From an uncultured bacterium (GTDB lineage: Bacteria > Acidobacteriota > Thermoanaerobaculia > Multivoradales > JAHZIX01): a stretch of 64,000 nucleotides of DNA. A program made the translations under genes and the position numbers. The stretch is from contig CBDUPA010000001.1 of NCBI GenBank assembly GCA_965368975.1, forward strand, positions 288,001 through 352,000, given 5' to 3'. Below the pieces are notes generated by a model that made no database searches, had not been told where the DNA came from, and saw only the letters and a list, made by a program, of their open reading frames with translations. Shown piece by piece: positions 9,838 to 19,304 of the stretch (its first letter is position 1; every line of letters starts with the position of its first letter).

Positions 9838-10725
9838 ATGTTGCGTGTCCTCGAACTATTCTGTGGCATCGGTGGTTGTGCTGCGGCGGTGCATGCCTGG
9901 GCACAGGAGTCGGAGGTCGTGCACGCGCTGGATGTCAATCCCATCGCACTCGACGTCTACCGGCACAACTTCGACCATCCCGTCCAGGCTCGGCTGCTCG
10001 ACCACCTACCGATCGCCGAGCTGGCGGCCTTCGACGCCGACCTGTGGTGGCTGTCACCGCCCTGTCAGCCCTACACGCGCCGCGGCTTGCAGCGCGATGA
10101 CGAAGACCCGCGCGCCAAGACGTTGCTGCGCCTGTTGACGGCGATCGAGACACTCCAGCCCCGCCTTCTGGCTTTGGAGAACGTTCCGGGCTTCGACGGT
10201 TCCCGCACGCACGCGCGTCTGCGTCTGATTCTCGAGGCAGCCGGCTACGACCTGCGCGAGCAACTGCTGTGCCCGACGCAGCTGGGTATCCCGAACCGGC
10301 GCCAGCGTTTCTACTTGATCGCGTCGCGGACCCGTCTGGCACCTGCGATGGCGCTCGAACCAAGGCGCCGGTCGCTGTCCGGCTTCGTCGATCACTCGCT
10401 CGACGACGACCCCCGCCTGCACGTCGACGCCGACCTGCTGCGTCGCTATGAAGGAGCCTTGCACCTCGTCGAAGCGCAAGATCCGGACGCTGTCACCAAC
10501 TGCTTCACCTCCGCCTACGGCCGCTCGCCAGTCCGCAGCGGTTCTTATCTACGCCTACCGGAGGGCCGCGTGCGCCGGTTCGCGCCGTCCGAGATCGTGC
10601 GCTTGCTCGGCTTCAGTGACACCTTCCGCTGGCCGGACCAGGTGTCCTTGGCCAACGCCTGGCGGCTCGCGGGCAACAGCCTGTCCGTCGATGCGGTGCG
10701 GGTGGTGTTGGGACAGCTCTGGTGA
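9838..10725 (+). CDS. Cytosine-C5 methyltransferase, Dnmt2/TRDMT1-like
   Basis: LELFCGIGG, SPPCQPYTRRG, ENV, GIPNRRQRFY, CFTSAYG, RFAPSEIVRLLGF, GNSLSV. Confidence 0.85.
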   Translation: MLRVLELFCGIGGCAAAVHAWAQESEVVHALDVNPIALDVYRHNFDHPVQARLLDHLPIAELAAFDADLWWLSPPCQPYTRRGLQRDDEDPRAKTLLRLLTAIETLQPRLLALENVPGFDGSRTHARLRLILEAAGYDLREQLLCPTQLGIPNRRQRFYLIASRTRLAPAMALEPRRRSLSGFVDHSLDDDPRLHVDADLLRRYEGALHLVEAQDPDAVTNCFTSAYGRSPVRSGSYLRLPEGRVRRFAPSEIVRLLGFSDTFRWPDQVSLANAWRLAGNSLSVDAVRVVLGQLW

Positions 10726-10737
10726 ATGGAGCCGGTG

Positions 10738-10945
10738 AGGGCGCACGTCCGTGCGCCCCTACATCCCACCCGTTCCCCCGACTCGCTTACGCATGGCATG
10801 GGCGTGCCGGTGTCTGGTCCTTTCGTCGGGCCGCACAACACCGGTAGTAGATCGTAAGAATGCGTTTCTGTGCCGGGTTGTTTGTCCGTATGCGCAACGA
10901 GATGGGGGCCAGGGCGGGGGGTAGGGGCGCACGGACGTGCGCCCT
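10738..10945. repeat. Inverted GTAG-type REP pair (REPIN-like)
   Basis: agggcgcacgtccgtgcgcccctac (10738-10762) is the exact reverse complement of gtaggggcgcacggacgtgcgccct (10921-10945); same architecture as the REPs flanking the RAYT. Confidence 0.85.
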
Positions 10946-10964
10946 TCCGGATCTGGATCCGCGC

Positions 10965-12572
10965 CTAATCCACCATCCGCGCCAACCGTTTCGCCACCGT
11001 CTTCAACACCTCGACGCGCGCGAAGCGCTTGTCGTTGGCGGGAACCAGGTGCCAGGGGGCGAACTCGCTGCTGGTGCGGGCGATCATCTCGTCGGCGGCG
11101 AGTTCGTAGTCCGCCCAGCGTTCGCGGTTGCGCCAGTCGTCGGGGGTGATCTTGTAGTTCTTGTAGTCGACCTGCTCGCGCTCGCGGAAGCGACGGAGCT
11201 GTTCTTCCGGGTCGATGTGCAACCAGAACTTGAGCAGCAGGATGCCGTGATTGCACAGCTGTTCTTCGAAGTGGTTGATCTCGTTGTAAGCGCGACGCCA
11301 TTCGGGCTCCTCGGCGTAGCCCTCGACGCGCTCGACGAGCACGCGTCCGTACCAGCTGCGGTCGAAGATGGTCGTGTGCCCGGCGCGTGGCAGGTGACGC
11401 CAGAAGCGCCAGAGATAGTGGTGCGACAGCTCGACGGCGTCAGGGGCACCGATGGGGATGGCGCGGTAGTAGCGGGCGTGCAGGGCGCGGGTGAGCCGGC
11501 GGATGGCGCCGCCCTTGCCGCCGGCGTCCCAGCCTTCGAACACCAAGATGGTGGAGATACCGCGTCGGCGCGCTTCCAGACTGGCGCCGCGCAGCAGGCC
11601 CTGGTACTTGTCGCGTCGACGCCGGTACTTGCCTTTCGACAGGTGCTGGCTCAGGTCGAGGTGGCTGAGGACCGTCGGCTGCGACGGTAGAAGTGGGGAA
11701 AGCACCAGAGTCGGGGGCTCTTTGCGTTCCAGGAGATCGGGCTCGTCGCTGGCGGGCTCGTCGCTGGCGGGCTCGTCGCTGGCGGGTGCTGGCGGTGCTT
11801 CGGGTGGTTGGTTCTCGGGTGGTTGGGCGTCGAGGCCACTGGTGAGGGCCTCCAGGACCAGGCGGCCGACGGTCAGGTTGCGGTAGCGCTCGTCGCCGCT
11901 CTCGACCACCTGCCAGGGAGCTTCAGCGGTGCTGGTGCGACGCAGAATCCGCTCGGCGACCCGGATGCCGTGGTCATAGTCCTCGGTCACCCAGCGGTCG
12001 AAGGCGGACAGCTGCCAGTCGCGCGCGCGCCAGTCGTCGCCGTCCAACGTCTCGCCGTCGACGTGCTCGCCGTTCTCCAACTCCTCGAGGTGCCGACGGT
12101 GCTCTTCGCGACTGCGGTGGAGCCAGACCTTGAGCAGCACGAAGCCATCGTCGGCCAGCATCGTTTCGAAGCGGGAAATGTCCTCGGTGGCGCGGTCGAG
12201 CTGGCTGTCGTCGATGCGCTTGTGGACGTGCTCGACCACGGCACGCATCGACCAGGCATCGACGAACACGCCCATGTGGCCATCGGCGGGCAGGCAGCGC
12301 CAATACCGCCAGTACTCGGGACGCTCTTGCTCTTCGTCGGTCGGGGTGTCGAAGGCATGGACGGCCAGAAACTTGGCGTCCATCCAGTCGTGCAGCTCGT
12401 TGAGCACCTGGTTGACGCTTTCGCGGTCGTCACCGGCGAGCAACAGGAGTACCGGGAAATCGGCCTTGCGCAAGCGGTGCTGGGCTTGCACCAAGGCCGT
12501 GCGCAAGGCCGGCACGGCTTCGCGGTAGGACTCTTTGTCGATCGTTCGACCCAATTCGGCAGCTTCAAACAT
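10965..12572 (-). CDS. pap: Polyphosphate:AMP phosphotransferase (two-domain PPK2)
   Basis: MFEAAELG start; degenerate N-terminal PPK2 domain; C-terminal domain with FEGWDAGGKGG, FDRSWYGRVLVERVEG and LLKFWLHI. Confidence 0.92.
   Translation of the reverse strand: MFEAAELGRTIDKESYREAVPALRTALVQAQHRLRKADFPVLLLLAGDDRESVNQVLNELHDWMDAKFLAVHAFDTPTDEEQERPEYWRYWRCLPADGHMGVFVDAWSMRAVVEHVHKRIDDSQLDRATEDISRFETMLADDGFVLLKVWLHRSREEHRRHLEELENGEHVDGETLDGDDWRARDWQLSAFDRWVTEDYDHGIRVAERILRRTSTAEAPWQVVESGDERYRNLTVGRLVLEALTSGLDAQPPENQPPEAPPAPASDEPASDEPASDEPDLLERKEPPTLVLSPLLPSQPTVLSHLDLSQHLSKGKYRRRRDKYQGLLRGASLEARRRGISTILVFEGWDAGGKGGAIRRLTRALHARYYRAIPIGAPDAVELSHHYLWRFWRHLPRAGHTTIFDRSWYGRVLVERVEGYAEEPEWRRAYNEINHFEEQLCNHGILLLKFWLHIDPEEQLRRFREREQVDYKNYKITPDDWRNRERWADYELAADEMIARTSSEFAPWHLVPANDKRFARVEVLKTVAKRLARMVD
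11738..11786. repeat. 15-bp tandem repeat x3 (PASDE) in the PAP interdomain linker
   Basis: cgggctcgtcgctgg x3. Confidence 0.9.
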
Positions 12573-12679
12573 GATCCCTGCACGCTAGCGTCAAAGCAGC
12601 GGGAGGGTCAAGGAGAGCCGTAGAGTAGAGCCGCAGCGACCCGCCTCCGCCGTGACCCCCTGAATCCACGGCCCGGCGG

Positions 12680-14353
12680 TTGACGAAGACCGCCATGGAC
12701 CCTATTCTTCTGAGGATTCCTACAACCATGAGCACCCCCCACCGCTCCCTCGACAGCTGTCCCACTCGTGCTGCGCGCCCTCCGCGTGTTCCGCGCCCAT
12801 GGAAACCAGGCCTGGTGGTGCTGGCGGCACTGCTCGCAGGGGCTTTGTGGGTGCCACCGGAGGCCGAGGCCGCGGGGCTCAGTCAACGCCAGTTGCAGGT
12901 CGAAGGTCGTATCCTCTACGTCGTTCCCGCCAACCTCGACGACGATCCACGACGCGACCTGGTCGTCTTCCACATCAGCGGTCAAGGCCGTCGCGCGGTG
13001 CGCCGAGCATCCGTCTTCCGGCATCGCGTCGGTGGACAGTTCAGCGCCGTGCCGGACATCACGTGGACTCTCGACCCCGGTGTCGTGGCGGTCGATATCT
13101 ACGAGCCCCCCGTGGTGCCCCCGCGGTCCCCGGAGGGAACACGGGACGGGCAGGCCAGCGCACCGCGGGCGCAGCTCTTCTCGCTGCGTCCGGACGGGGT
13201 CTACCGCCACGAGTTCACCGGCCACCGCACGCCGCCGCGGGCCCGCCGTGTCGCGACGGCGGCGTTGGGGCACCTGCAACCGGCACCCGACGATCTCGTT
13301 CTCTTCGACTTCGCGGCTGACTTCGATCCCACGACCGGTGTGCCCGGGACCCCCGAGTTTCTGCTGCCGACGGTGCCCAACTTCACGCTGCTGCGCCAGG
13401 CGCCGAACGCTGGCGACGAGCTGGCCCGCATCGAAGTACCTGTGCGGCCACAGGCGAGCTACGGCACGCGCAGCCTGTGGGATGCCCCCGCCGCTTCGGT
13501 GATCGGACGCCTGAGCCTGCCTCTGCCCACCGCCGCCGACCAGAACGGCGACGGCGGCAGCGATCTGATCTTCCTGCGCCACGAGCGTCTGATTGTCGTC
13601 CACCTCGACCAGGTCGACGCCCAGGGTCGTGCCGCCGCGGACGTCTTCGAAGTCGACATCCTCGACCCCGAGGCCGCGGACGAAGCGCCATTCACCGTGC
13701 TGCACCGCCTGGTCGACCTACAAGGCGACGGCCGCGTCGACCTGGTCGCCGCCGTCTTCCGCGACGCCGGCCTGTTCGAGCCCGAAGGTCGCATCATGGT
13801 CTTCCGCGGCCGCGCCGATGGCACCTTCGCCGCGCAGGCCGACCAGCAGCTGGCCGTCGACAGTGGCCAGTACTTCCTGACGCTGATCGAAGACCTCACC
13901 GGCAATGGCCGGCGAGAGATCCTGATGCCCGCCGCCAAGATCGGTGTCTTCGGTCTGATCAAACTGCTGACTGGTCGCAAGTTGTCCTTCACCTTCGTCA
14001 GCTTCGATCCCAAGGCCGACGGGGCCTACGATACCGGACGCGACACCCGCACCTCACTGCGCGCCCTGATCTCGGAGCGCAACGACGTCTCGGTGGTGTT
14101 CTTCGCGGATGTCGACGGAGACAGCGTGCTCGATCTGCTGATCGGTTCTCAGGACGACGCGGTATGCGTCCATCAAGGGAGCGTCGAGAACGGGCGCTGG
14201 GAGTTTCCGTCGCGGCCCTCGGAGTGCATCCCTGAAAGCCCCTTCGCCACCTTCCTGCATGCGGACCTGGACGGAGACGGCCGGGAAGACTTGATGTCCT
14301 ACGGCGTGCGGGGCAAGGCGTCGAAGACGCTGACGGTGACGTTCGTGCGCTGA
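12680..14353 (+). CDS. Secreted FG-GAP/VCBS repeat protein (start may be ATG 12728)
   Basis: Signal-like helix; DQNGDGGSDL, DLQGDGRVDL, DLTGNGRREI, DVDGDSVLDL, DLDGDGREDL. Confidence 0.85.
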   Translation: MTKTAMDPILLRIPTTMSTPHRSLDSCPTRAARPPRVPRPWKPGLVVLAALLAGALWVPPEAEAAGLSQRQLQVEGRILYVVPANLDDDPRRDLVVFHISGQGRRAVRRASVFRHRVGGQFSAVPDITWTLDPGVVAVDIYEPPVVPPRSPEGTRDGQASAPRAQLFSLRPDGVYRHEFTGHRTPPRARRVATAALGHLQPAPDDLVLFDFAADFDPTTGVPGTPEFLLPTVPNFTLLRQAPNAGDELARIEVPVRPQASYGTRSLWDAPAASVIGRLSLPLPTAADQNGDGGSDLIFLRHERLIVVHLDQVDAQGRAAADVFEVDILDPEAADEAPFTVLHRLVDLQGDGRVDLVAAVFRDAGLFEPEGRIMVFRGRADGTFAAQADQQLAVDSGQYFLTLIEDLTGNGRREILMPAAKIGVFGLIKLLTGRKLSFTFVSFDPKADGAYDTGRDTRTSLRALISERNDVSVVFFADVDGDSVLDLLIGSQDDAVCVHQGSVENGRWEFPSRPSECIPESPFATFLHADLDGDGREDLMSYGVRGKASKTLTVTFVR

Positions 14354-14386
14354 GGGTGGGGACTGGGGGGTAAGATTGCGTAGCTC

Positions 14387-17300
14387 ATGAACAAGAAACT
14401 ACGTGTTTTACACCTGTCAGATTTTCACTTCATCGCGCGCCCGAGCGGCTCAGAAGACAACGCTACACGCGATGAACCTCCGCTTCGCGAATGGCAACGG
14501 CGCGCCACGCTGACGGCGCTGTTGGCCAAGCTAAGAGAGCTGAAGGCGGAAGGGCTGGGACCGGATCTCGTCTGTCTGACCGGGGACATTGCCAACCACG
14601 GCAAGCGTGAGGAGTTTCAGGAAGCCGAGCGCTACTTCCATAAAGTTGCCGAAGTTCTGGAACTGGAACCGCGCGAGCGATTCTTCGTGGTTCCGGGCAA
14701 TCACGACGTGGATCGAAGCAAGGTCACGCTGGGCGATACAGCGATCCAGGCGGCACTGACGGATTCGGAGAGCGTCGCAAGCATACTGGACGATCGAGGT
14801 GTGATGACGGGCGTACTAGGGCGCCGGCTCGAAGAGTTTTATGCTTTTACTGAGCGCCTGTGCGGCTCGGCGCGGGCTTGGCCGTTGAACCGGCCGTGGC
14901 ATGTTGTTGTGCCTCAGGTCAATGGTATTCGTGTCGGCATGGTTCAGTTGAATTCTGCATGGACCTCAGGACAGGCTGGCGAGGATGGGAGCTTAGTGAT
15001 CGGGGAGGTTCAGGTCTATGAAGCACTACAAGAGGCTGAGGATGCGCACGTTACGTTCGTGCTAGTGCACCATCCACTGGAAGCGTTGCAGAGTTGGGAC
15101 CGGTTGGGAATTCGACGTCTGATGATGGGGCCGATGGGAACTCACTTTCTGTTTCGGGGGCACTATCATGAGAATGAGGTGCTTGATTTTCGGGTGCCAG
15201 GAGGCGAAGGCTATACGGAACTGGCGGCGGGTGCTACTTACCCAGGAACTGGTTGGAGAAAGCATTTCTATTTATTATCTCTGGACTTCGAGGCAGGTAG
15301 CGGGAAACTGCGAAGTTTCGAGTACAGCTCTGGAGACGGAGGCTTCTGGGCGCCTGATACCCGAAGTCATCGTGCGTTTAGGAGCGGAGGTTGTGTCTTC
15401 GCCTTGCCAGGGAAGAAGATGGTGGCCGAAGGCAAAAGGAACTATGACGGTATGACGATAGGGAAAGTTCGATTTGGTGTAGCCGTGAAGCACTATCGTG
15501 CTGCTGTCGCAGCAGTCCATGGGGCAGTACGTTTTGTTGGCTTTGGTGACAGCAGCCCCCGGCCCAATGTTCAGGTAGAACAGCTCTTTGTACCAATGAG
15601 GCTTGTCTGGCGCGGTGCTGCAAGGCAACATGATTTGAGTACGCAAGAATTGCTCTCTCGGCTCTTGACCTCTCGCAGACCGAATCGGCTCGTAGTACTG
15701 GGCGACCCCGGAAGTGGAAAGACAACTCTCTGCCGCTTCCTGGCCAGTGCGATTGCAGGAGGTGTCCCCGGTCTTCAGAATCGCAGCGTGTTTGATGACT
15801 CCGAACTACTGCCGCTTTTCTTGCCCTTCCGAGACTATGTGCGCGAGCAGCGCAAGGATAGTAGTCTGAGTCTGGTAGATTACCTATATAGGCAAGCTAC
15901 TGGGCATCTACAAGTGCCGTTGCCGAATATGTTTTTTCAGCAAATACTCGTAAATGGCGGCGCTGTCATGCTCCTCGACGGTCTAGACGAGGTCGGCTCT
16001 GCAGGAGAGAGGGAGGAGATGAGAGTTCGGGTCGTGGCATTCTGCCGGCTATACGAACGTGTACCGGTTCTCGTCACAAGCCGGATTGCTGGCTATGATC
16101 AAGCACCACTGCAGAGTAGTGATGGGATGTTTCCTGCGCTGCAGCTCGCCGCCTTCTCGAACGTTGATTTGAAGTTGTTTGTTCGTAATTGGTATAGATT
16201 AGTTGAGGCAGGGGATGTGCGGGCTCAGGATGAGGGGGCTACTGAACTCCTAGCAGCCTTCGCAGCGGATCCGCGCGTTCAGGAACTGGCGCGAAATCCA
16301 ATGTTGGCGACCCTGATAGCGTTGGTTCATAGGTATGAGGCACATCTTCCGGGGGAGCGGGCCAAGCTTTATGAACTGTGTGTCAAGACGATGTTGGAGA
16401 CGTGGCCCGCAGCTCGGCGCATGCAATTTTTAGATATCGATGAAGGCCTGCAGAGATTTCTCTTGGAGCAGCTAGCATTCCGGATGCAGGAGCGCCGTTC
16501 ACACGGTGATGATGGTGAGGTCTCCACGACAGAGGAACAATTAATATTAGATCTCACGGAAATCGCGAGTGAGCTACTTGATGTTGGGAGTTATCCGCCG
16601 GGCCACCGCCATCTGGTCAGGCGGTGGGTTCGATTCCTGCAAGAAGGTACTGGGTTGCTCGTTGAGCAGCAATTGCACGTATTCTCCTTTTTTCATTTGT
16701 CCTTGCTTGAGTATCTTTCTGCTTGCGGCTTGGAGCGCCAAGCTTATCAAGCTAGTCAGGAGCTTGCACGAGAAGTTGCTGCACGTTTTGTTGATCCGGT
16801 ATGGCGGGAGGTGTGTCTGTTGACAGTCGGAGTTCATGCGGTAGACAAGGGTTTTTTGGACAACCTTTTTGAGGAGGTAGCAGGGCGCTCAGGTAGTTGG
16901 AGTTTTCTGCTTGCCTGCCTACGGGAGGAGGCGAACTTCTCTGCTAGCCAGCGTTCCAAGATTTTGGATGGTGCAGCGAGAGACCTTTTGGACCGTGATG
17001 TAGGCACTTGGGAGATGGAGCAGCGCATGTTCGACGAGTTGCTCCGCTTCTCTCGTCGACACCATGCGGCAGCGAGAGCCTGGTTAGCGCACCAGATGGA
17101 GAGAAGGGAGGCCAGTCTGATTCAGGGTGCCATCGCACTTCGTCTTCACCGCCGGTCCGAGACTCTGGCAGAACTCCAAGTGGTTGCCAAACCAGAAGTG
17201 ATTGCACCGGCGTTGCTGGACTTCTGGCCCAGCGAGCTAGGGCGTTGGGCTACCAATGTCCTGCCAACCGAGGAGGTACTACAGTGGGCGTACCAAGGTC

Positions 17301-18448
17301 CACCGGAACTTGCAGTGCACCGATCTCTTACAGCACTTGCAATGGGAAGTGTTGGCAAGTCTTGCTATGCGCCCCTAGCAGTCTCAATCATTCGTAGATC
17401 TCTAGCAGGGCTTCTGAGTTCGCTCAGGAGCACTGATTGTTTACGAAATGATCTGGGGGGGAATGGTACTCGTCTACCTGCCGCTTTCCGGCTGAGTAAC
17501 GAGAGCATCGACCTGGTAGTAGTGCCTTCTTGGCCAAAAACTGCAGCTAACTGCAGGCCAGCAGATGACGAGTACTTCGAGCGGCCACTTGCAAGACATG
17601 TATTATGGGAGTCGTTCGACTATTGTTCATGGTTGGGTTATGAATCTGCCCGAGTCAGTACTTTTGAGCGGTTCTTGTTGGACGCTTTTCCGAAGTATTT
17701 TTCCGCTGCCTTTGGCCGGAATTTCAGACTGTGGTTTGAAGAGTATTTTTTGATGGATCATGAGACAATCTTGTCCAGCGAAGTGGCCCACCGCTTTGCA
17801 TGTGACTTCATGCGCTATTTCGCGGGGCAATTTGGACGCTACTTCACTAGATATAATGAAAAGAGATTTCGGCTAGAGTTTTTGAATGATAGAGATAATA
17901 TATTGGTAGAGCCAGCTTCTGAGTCCCGTTCCGCAGAGCTGGAGATTCGGGAAGGAGCGTGTAGGCTTGAAGGAAAGGACTCTGCGGAAGGTCGCCATGC
18001 CGGTGTGGTCTTAACTCGTCTGGCGAGTGAGGCGTGGCTTGCCATGGTAGCTACTCATGATGAGCAAGATCGCTACCGCCTGATGTTTATTCACTATCGG
18101 GTTTTCAATTGCTGGCTACTCACTATCTGGCACCGTGTAGACGTGCTGAGAGTTAGAGTTCCTCAAGCGTATTCCTGGACCGACGACGCGACCGCCCTCT
18201 ACCTCGCCCTCGGCTGGACCCAAGCCACCACCACCCACCAATGGCCCGCCACTGACACCTGGATCGAACAAGTCTCCCAGCGTCCCGACCACTGGTTCCC
18301 GCGCTCCCAGTGGCACCTCTGCTACCTCCTGCACAACCCGGACGACCCAGAGCACCAGGAAGGCTATCGTCAAGCGCTGGCAGAAGGCGAGTCGGACAAA
18401 GAGCGTCCGGGATTGGCGGGGATACTACGGGAGTTGGTGCCGGTGTAG
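14387..18448 (+). CDS. Metallophosphoesterase-NACHT (STAND) NTPase, NLR-like, putative defence protein
   Basis: LHLSDFH, TGDIA, PGNHD, HHP and GHYH calcineurin-like motifs; Walker A GDPGSGKTT, Walker B LLDGLDEV, VTSR, NPMLATL; visibly AT-richer than flanking DNA. Confidence 0.9.
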   Translation: MNKKLRVLHLSDFHFIARPSGSEDNATRDEPPLREWQRRATLTALLAKLRELKAEGLGPDLVCLTGDIANHGKREEFQEAERYFHKVAEVLELEPRERFFVVPGNHDVDRSKVTLGDTAIQAALTDSESVASILDDRGVMTGVLGRRLEEFYAFTERLCGSARAWPLNRPWHVVVPQVNGIRVGMVQLNSAWTSGQAGEDGSLVIGEVQVYEALQEAEDAHVTFVLVHHPLEALQSWDRLGIRRLMMGPMGTHFLFRGHYHENEVLDFRVPGGEGYTELAAGATYPGTGWRKHFYLLSLDFEAGSGKLRSFEYSSGDGGFWAPDTRSHRAFRSGGCVFALPGKKMVAEGKRNYDGMTIGKVRFGVAVKHYRAAVAAVHGAVRFVGFGDSSPRPNVQVEQLFVPMRLVWRGAARQHDLSTQELLSRLLTSRRPNRLVVLGDPGSGKTTLCRFLASAIAGGVPGLQNRSVFDDSELLPLFLPFRDYVREQRKDSSLSLVDYLYRQATGHLQVPLPNMFFQQILVNGGAVMLLDGLDEVGSAGEREEMRVRVVAFCRLYERVPVLVTSRIAGYDQAPLQSSDGMFPALQLAAFSNVDLKLFVRNWYRLVEAGDVRAQDEGATELLAAFAADPRVQELARNPMLATLIALVHRYEAHLPGERAKLYELCVKTMLETWPAARRMQFLDIDEGLQRFLLEQLAFRMQERRSHGDDGEVSTTEEQLILDLTEIASELLDVGSYPPGHRHLVRRWVRFLQEGTGLLVEQQLHVFSFFHLSLLEYLSACGLERQAYQASQELAREVAARFVDPVWREVCLLTVGVHAVDKGFLDNLFEEVAGRSGSWSFLLACLREEANFSASQRSKILDGAARDLLDRDVGTWEMEQRMFDELLRFSRRHHAAARAWLAHQMERREASLIQGAIALRLHRRSETLAELQVVAKPEVIAPALLDFWPSELGRWATNVLPTEEVLQWAYQGPPELAVHRSLTALAMGSVGKSCYAPLAVSIIRRSLAGLLSSLRSTDCLRNDLGGNGTRLPAAFRLSNESIDLVVVPSWPKTAANCRPADDEYFERPLARHVLWESFDYCSWLGYESARVSTFERFLLDAFPKYFSAAFGRNFRLWFEEYFLMDHETILSSEVAHRFACDFMRYFAGQFGRYFTRYNEKRFRLEFLNDRDNILVEPASESRSAELEIREGACRLEGKDSAEGRHAGVVLTRLASEAWLAMVATHDEQDRYRLMFIHYRVFNCWLLTIWHRVDVLRVRVPQAYSWTDDATALYLALGWTQATTTHQWPATDTWIEQVSQRPDHWFPRSQWHLCYLLHNPDDPEHQEGYRQALAEGESDKERPGLAGILRELVPV

Positions 18449-18530
18449 GTACGCCCACCTGGAGCGCTACCACCGCCCCGACCTTGAATTCTCTTGTTGC
18501 CGGCGGTACATCTCCGCTATCCTGCCCCGC

Positions 18531-19235
18531 ATGCTCGACACGAAGAGGCTCGGGGCGGCGCTCCGGCGGTTGCGGGTGCAGCGTGGGTGCACGCGCGCGC
18601 AGTTGGCGCGGCGCTTGAAAGTCGACGCCTACTACCTGCGTGGCTGGGAGCGAGGCGAGCCGATGCAGTTGCACAAGTTGGGCGAGGTGCTCGACGCGTT
18701 GCAGTGCAATCTGTGTGACGTCGAGCTGGCGCTGGCGGTGGCGGACGCTGGGGTAGCGGAGGAGGACGAGCTGGAGGCCGCGGCGCGGGAGTTCATCGGG
18801 GAGGCGCAGTTGCGCGACCCTTGTCCCTCGATGCTCGGCGACGCGGCGCGCTGTGGCCGGGCGCTGCGCTGGCTTCGCGAGGCGCGGGGGCAGAGCTTGC
18901 GGGAGCTGGCGGAGCGAACGGGGATGAAGCTGCAGCAGATCTCGGTCTACGAGAAGGCGAGCAGCCGGCCGATGGTGGGCAAGTTGGTGGAGCTGTTGAC
19001 AGCGCTCGGAGCGGGGCTCGGCGACTTGCACGAAGCGTTGATCTTGACGGCCGCACAGCCGCCGAGCCAAGACTGGCAGCGCTCCGAGCTGGACGAGTTG
19101 CGCCTGGCGCTACTCGGTCTCGGGCACGCGCGGCCGTCGGCGCGGCAGGAGGAGAGGCTGTTCGAGATTCTCGACGACTGCCGGCAGCAACTGGACGCGT
19201 CGGTGGCGCGAAGGCGTGCGGACGAGGACGCCTGA
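18531..19235 (+). CDS. Tandem XRE-family HTH transcriptional regulator
   Basis: Two HTH_XRE-like units: LGAALRRLRVQRGCTRAQLA..WERG and GRALRWLREARGQSLRELAERTG..ISVYEK. Confidence 0.85.
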   Translation: MLDTKRLGAALRRLRVQRGCTRAQLARRLKVDAYYLRGWERGEPMQLHKLGEVLDALQCNLCDVELALAVADAGVAEEDELEAAAREFIGEAQLRDPCPSMLGDAARCGRALRWLREARGQSLRELAERTGMKLQQISVYEKASSRPMVGKLVELLTALGAGLGDLHEALILTAAQPPSQDWQRSELDELRLALLGLGHARPSARQEERLFEILDDCRQQLDASVARRRADEDA

Positions 19236-19297
19236 CGGCCCGGGCGAGAACAACGCCTGACGGCACGGGCGAGTACAACGCCTGACGGCACGGCGAG
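19228..19297. repeat. 25-bp tandem repeat x~2.8 spanning the XRE stop codon
   Basis: acgcctgacggc(c/a)cgggcgag(a/t)aca at 19228, 19253 and 19278 (partial). Confidence 0.9.
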
Positions 19298-19304
19298 CCG
19301 GGGG

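Noticed and set aside
9838-10725. Type II restriction-modification system
   Set aside because: No neighbouring endonuclease or vsr gene; motifs are Dnmt2-like
19228-19297. Possible mini-CRISPR (also 29721-29780 and 45100-45164)
   Set aside because: Head-to-tail repeats with no spacers, and no cas genes
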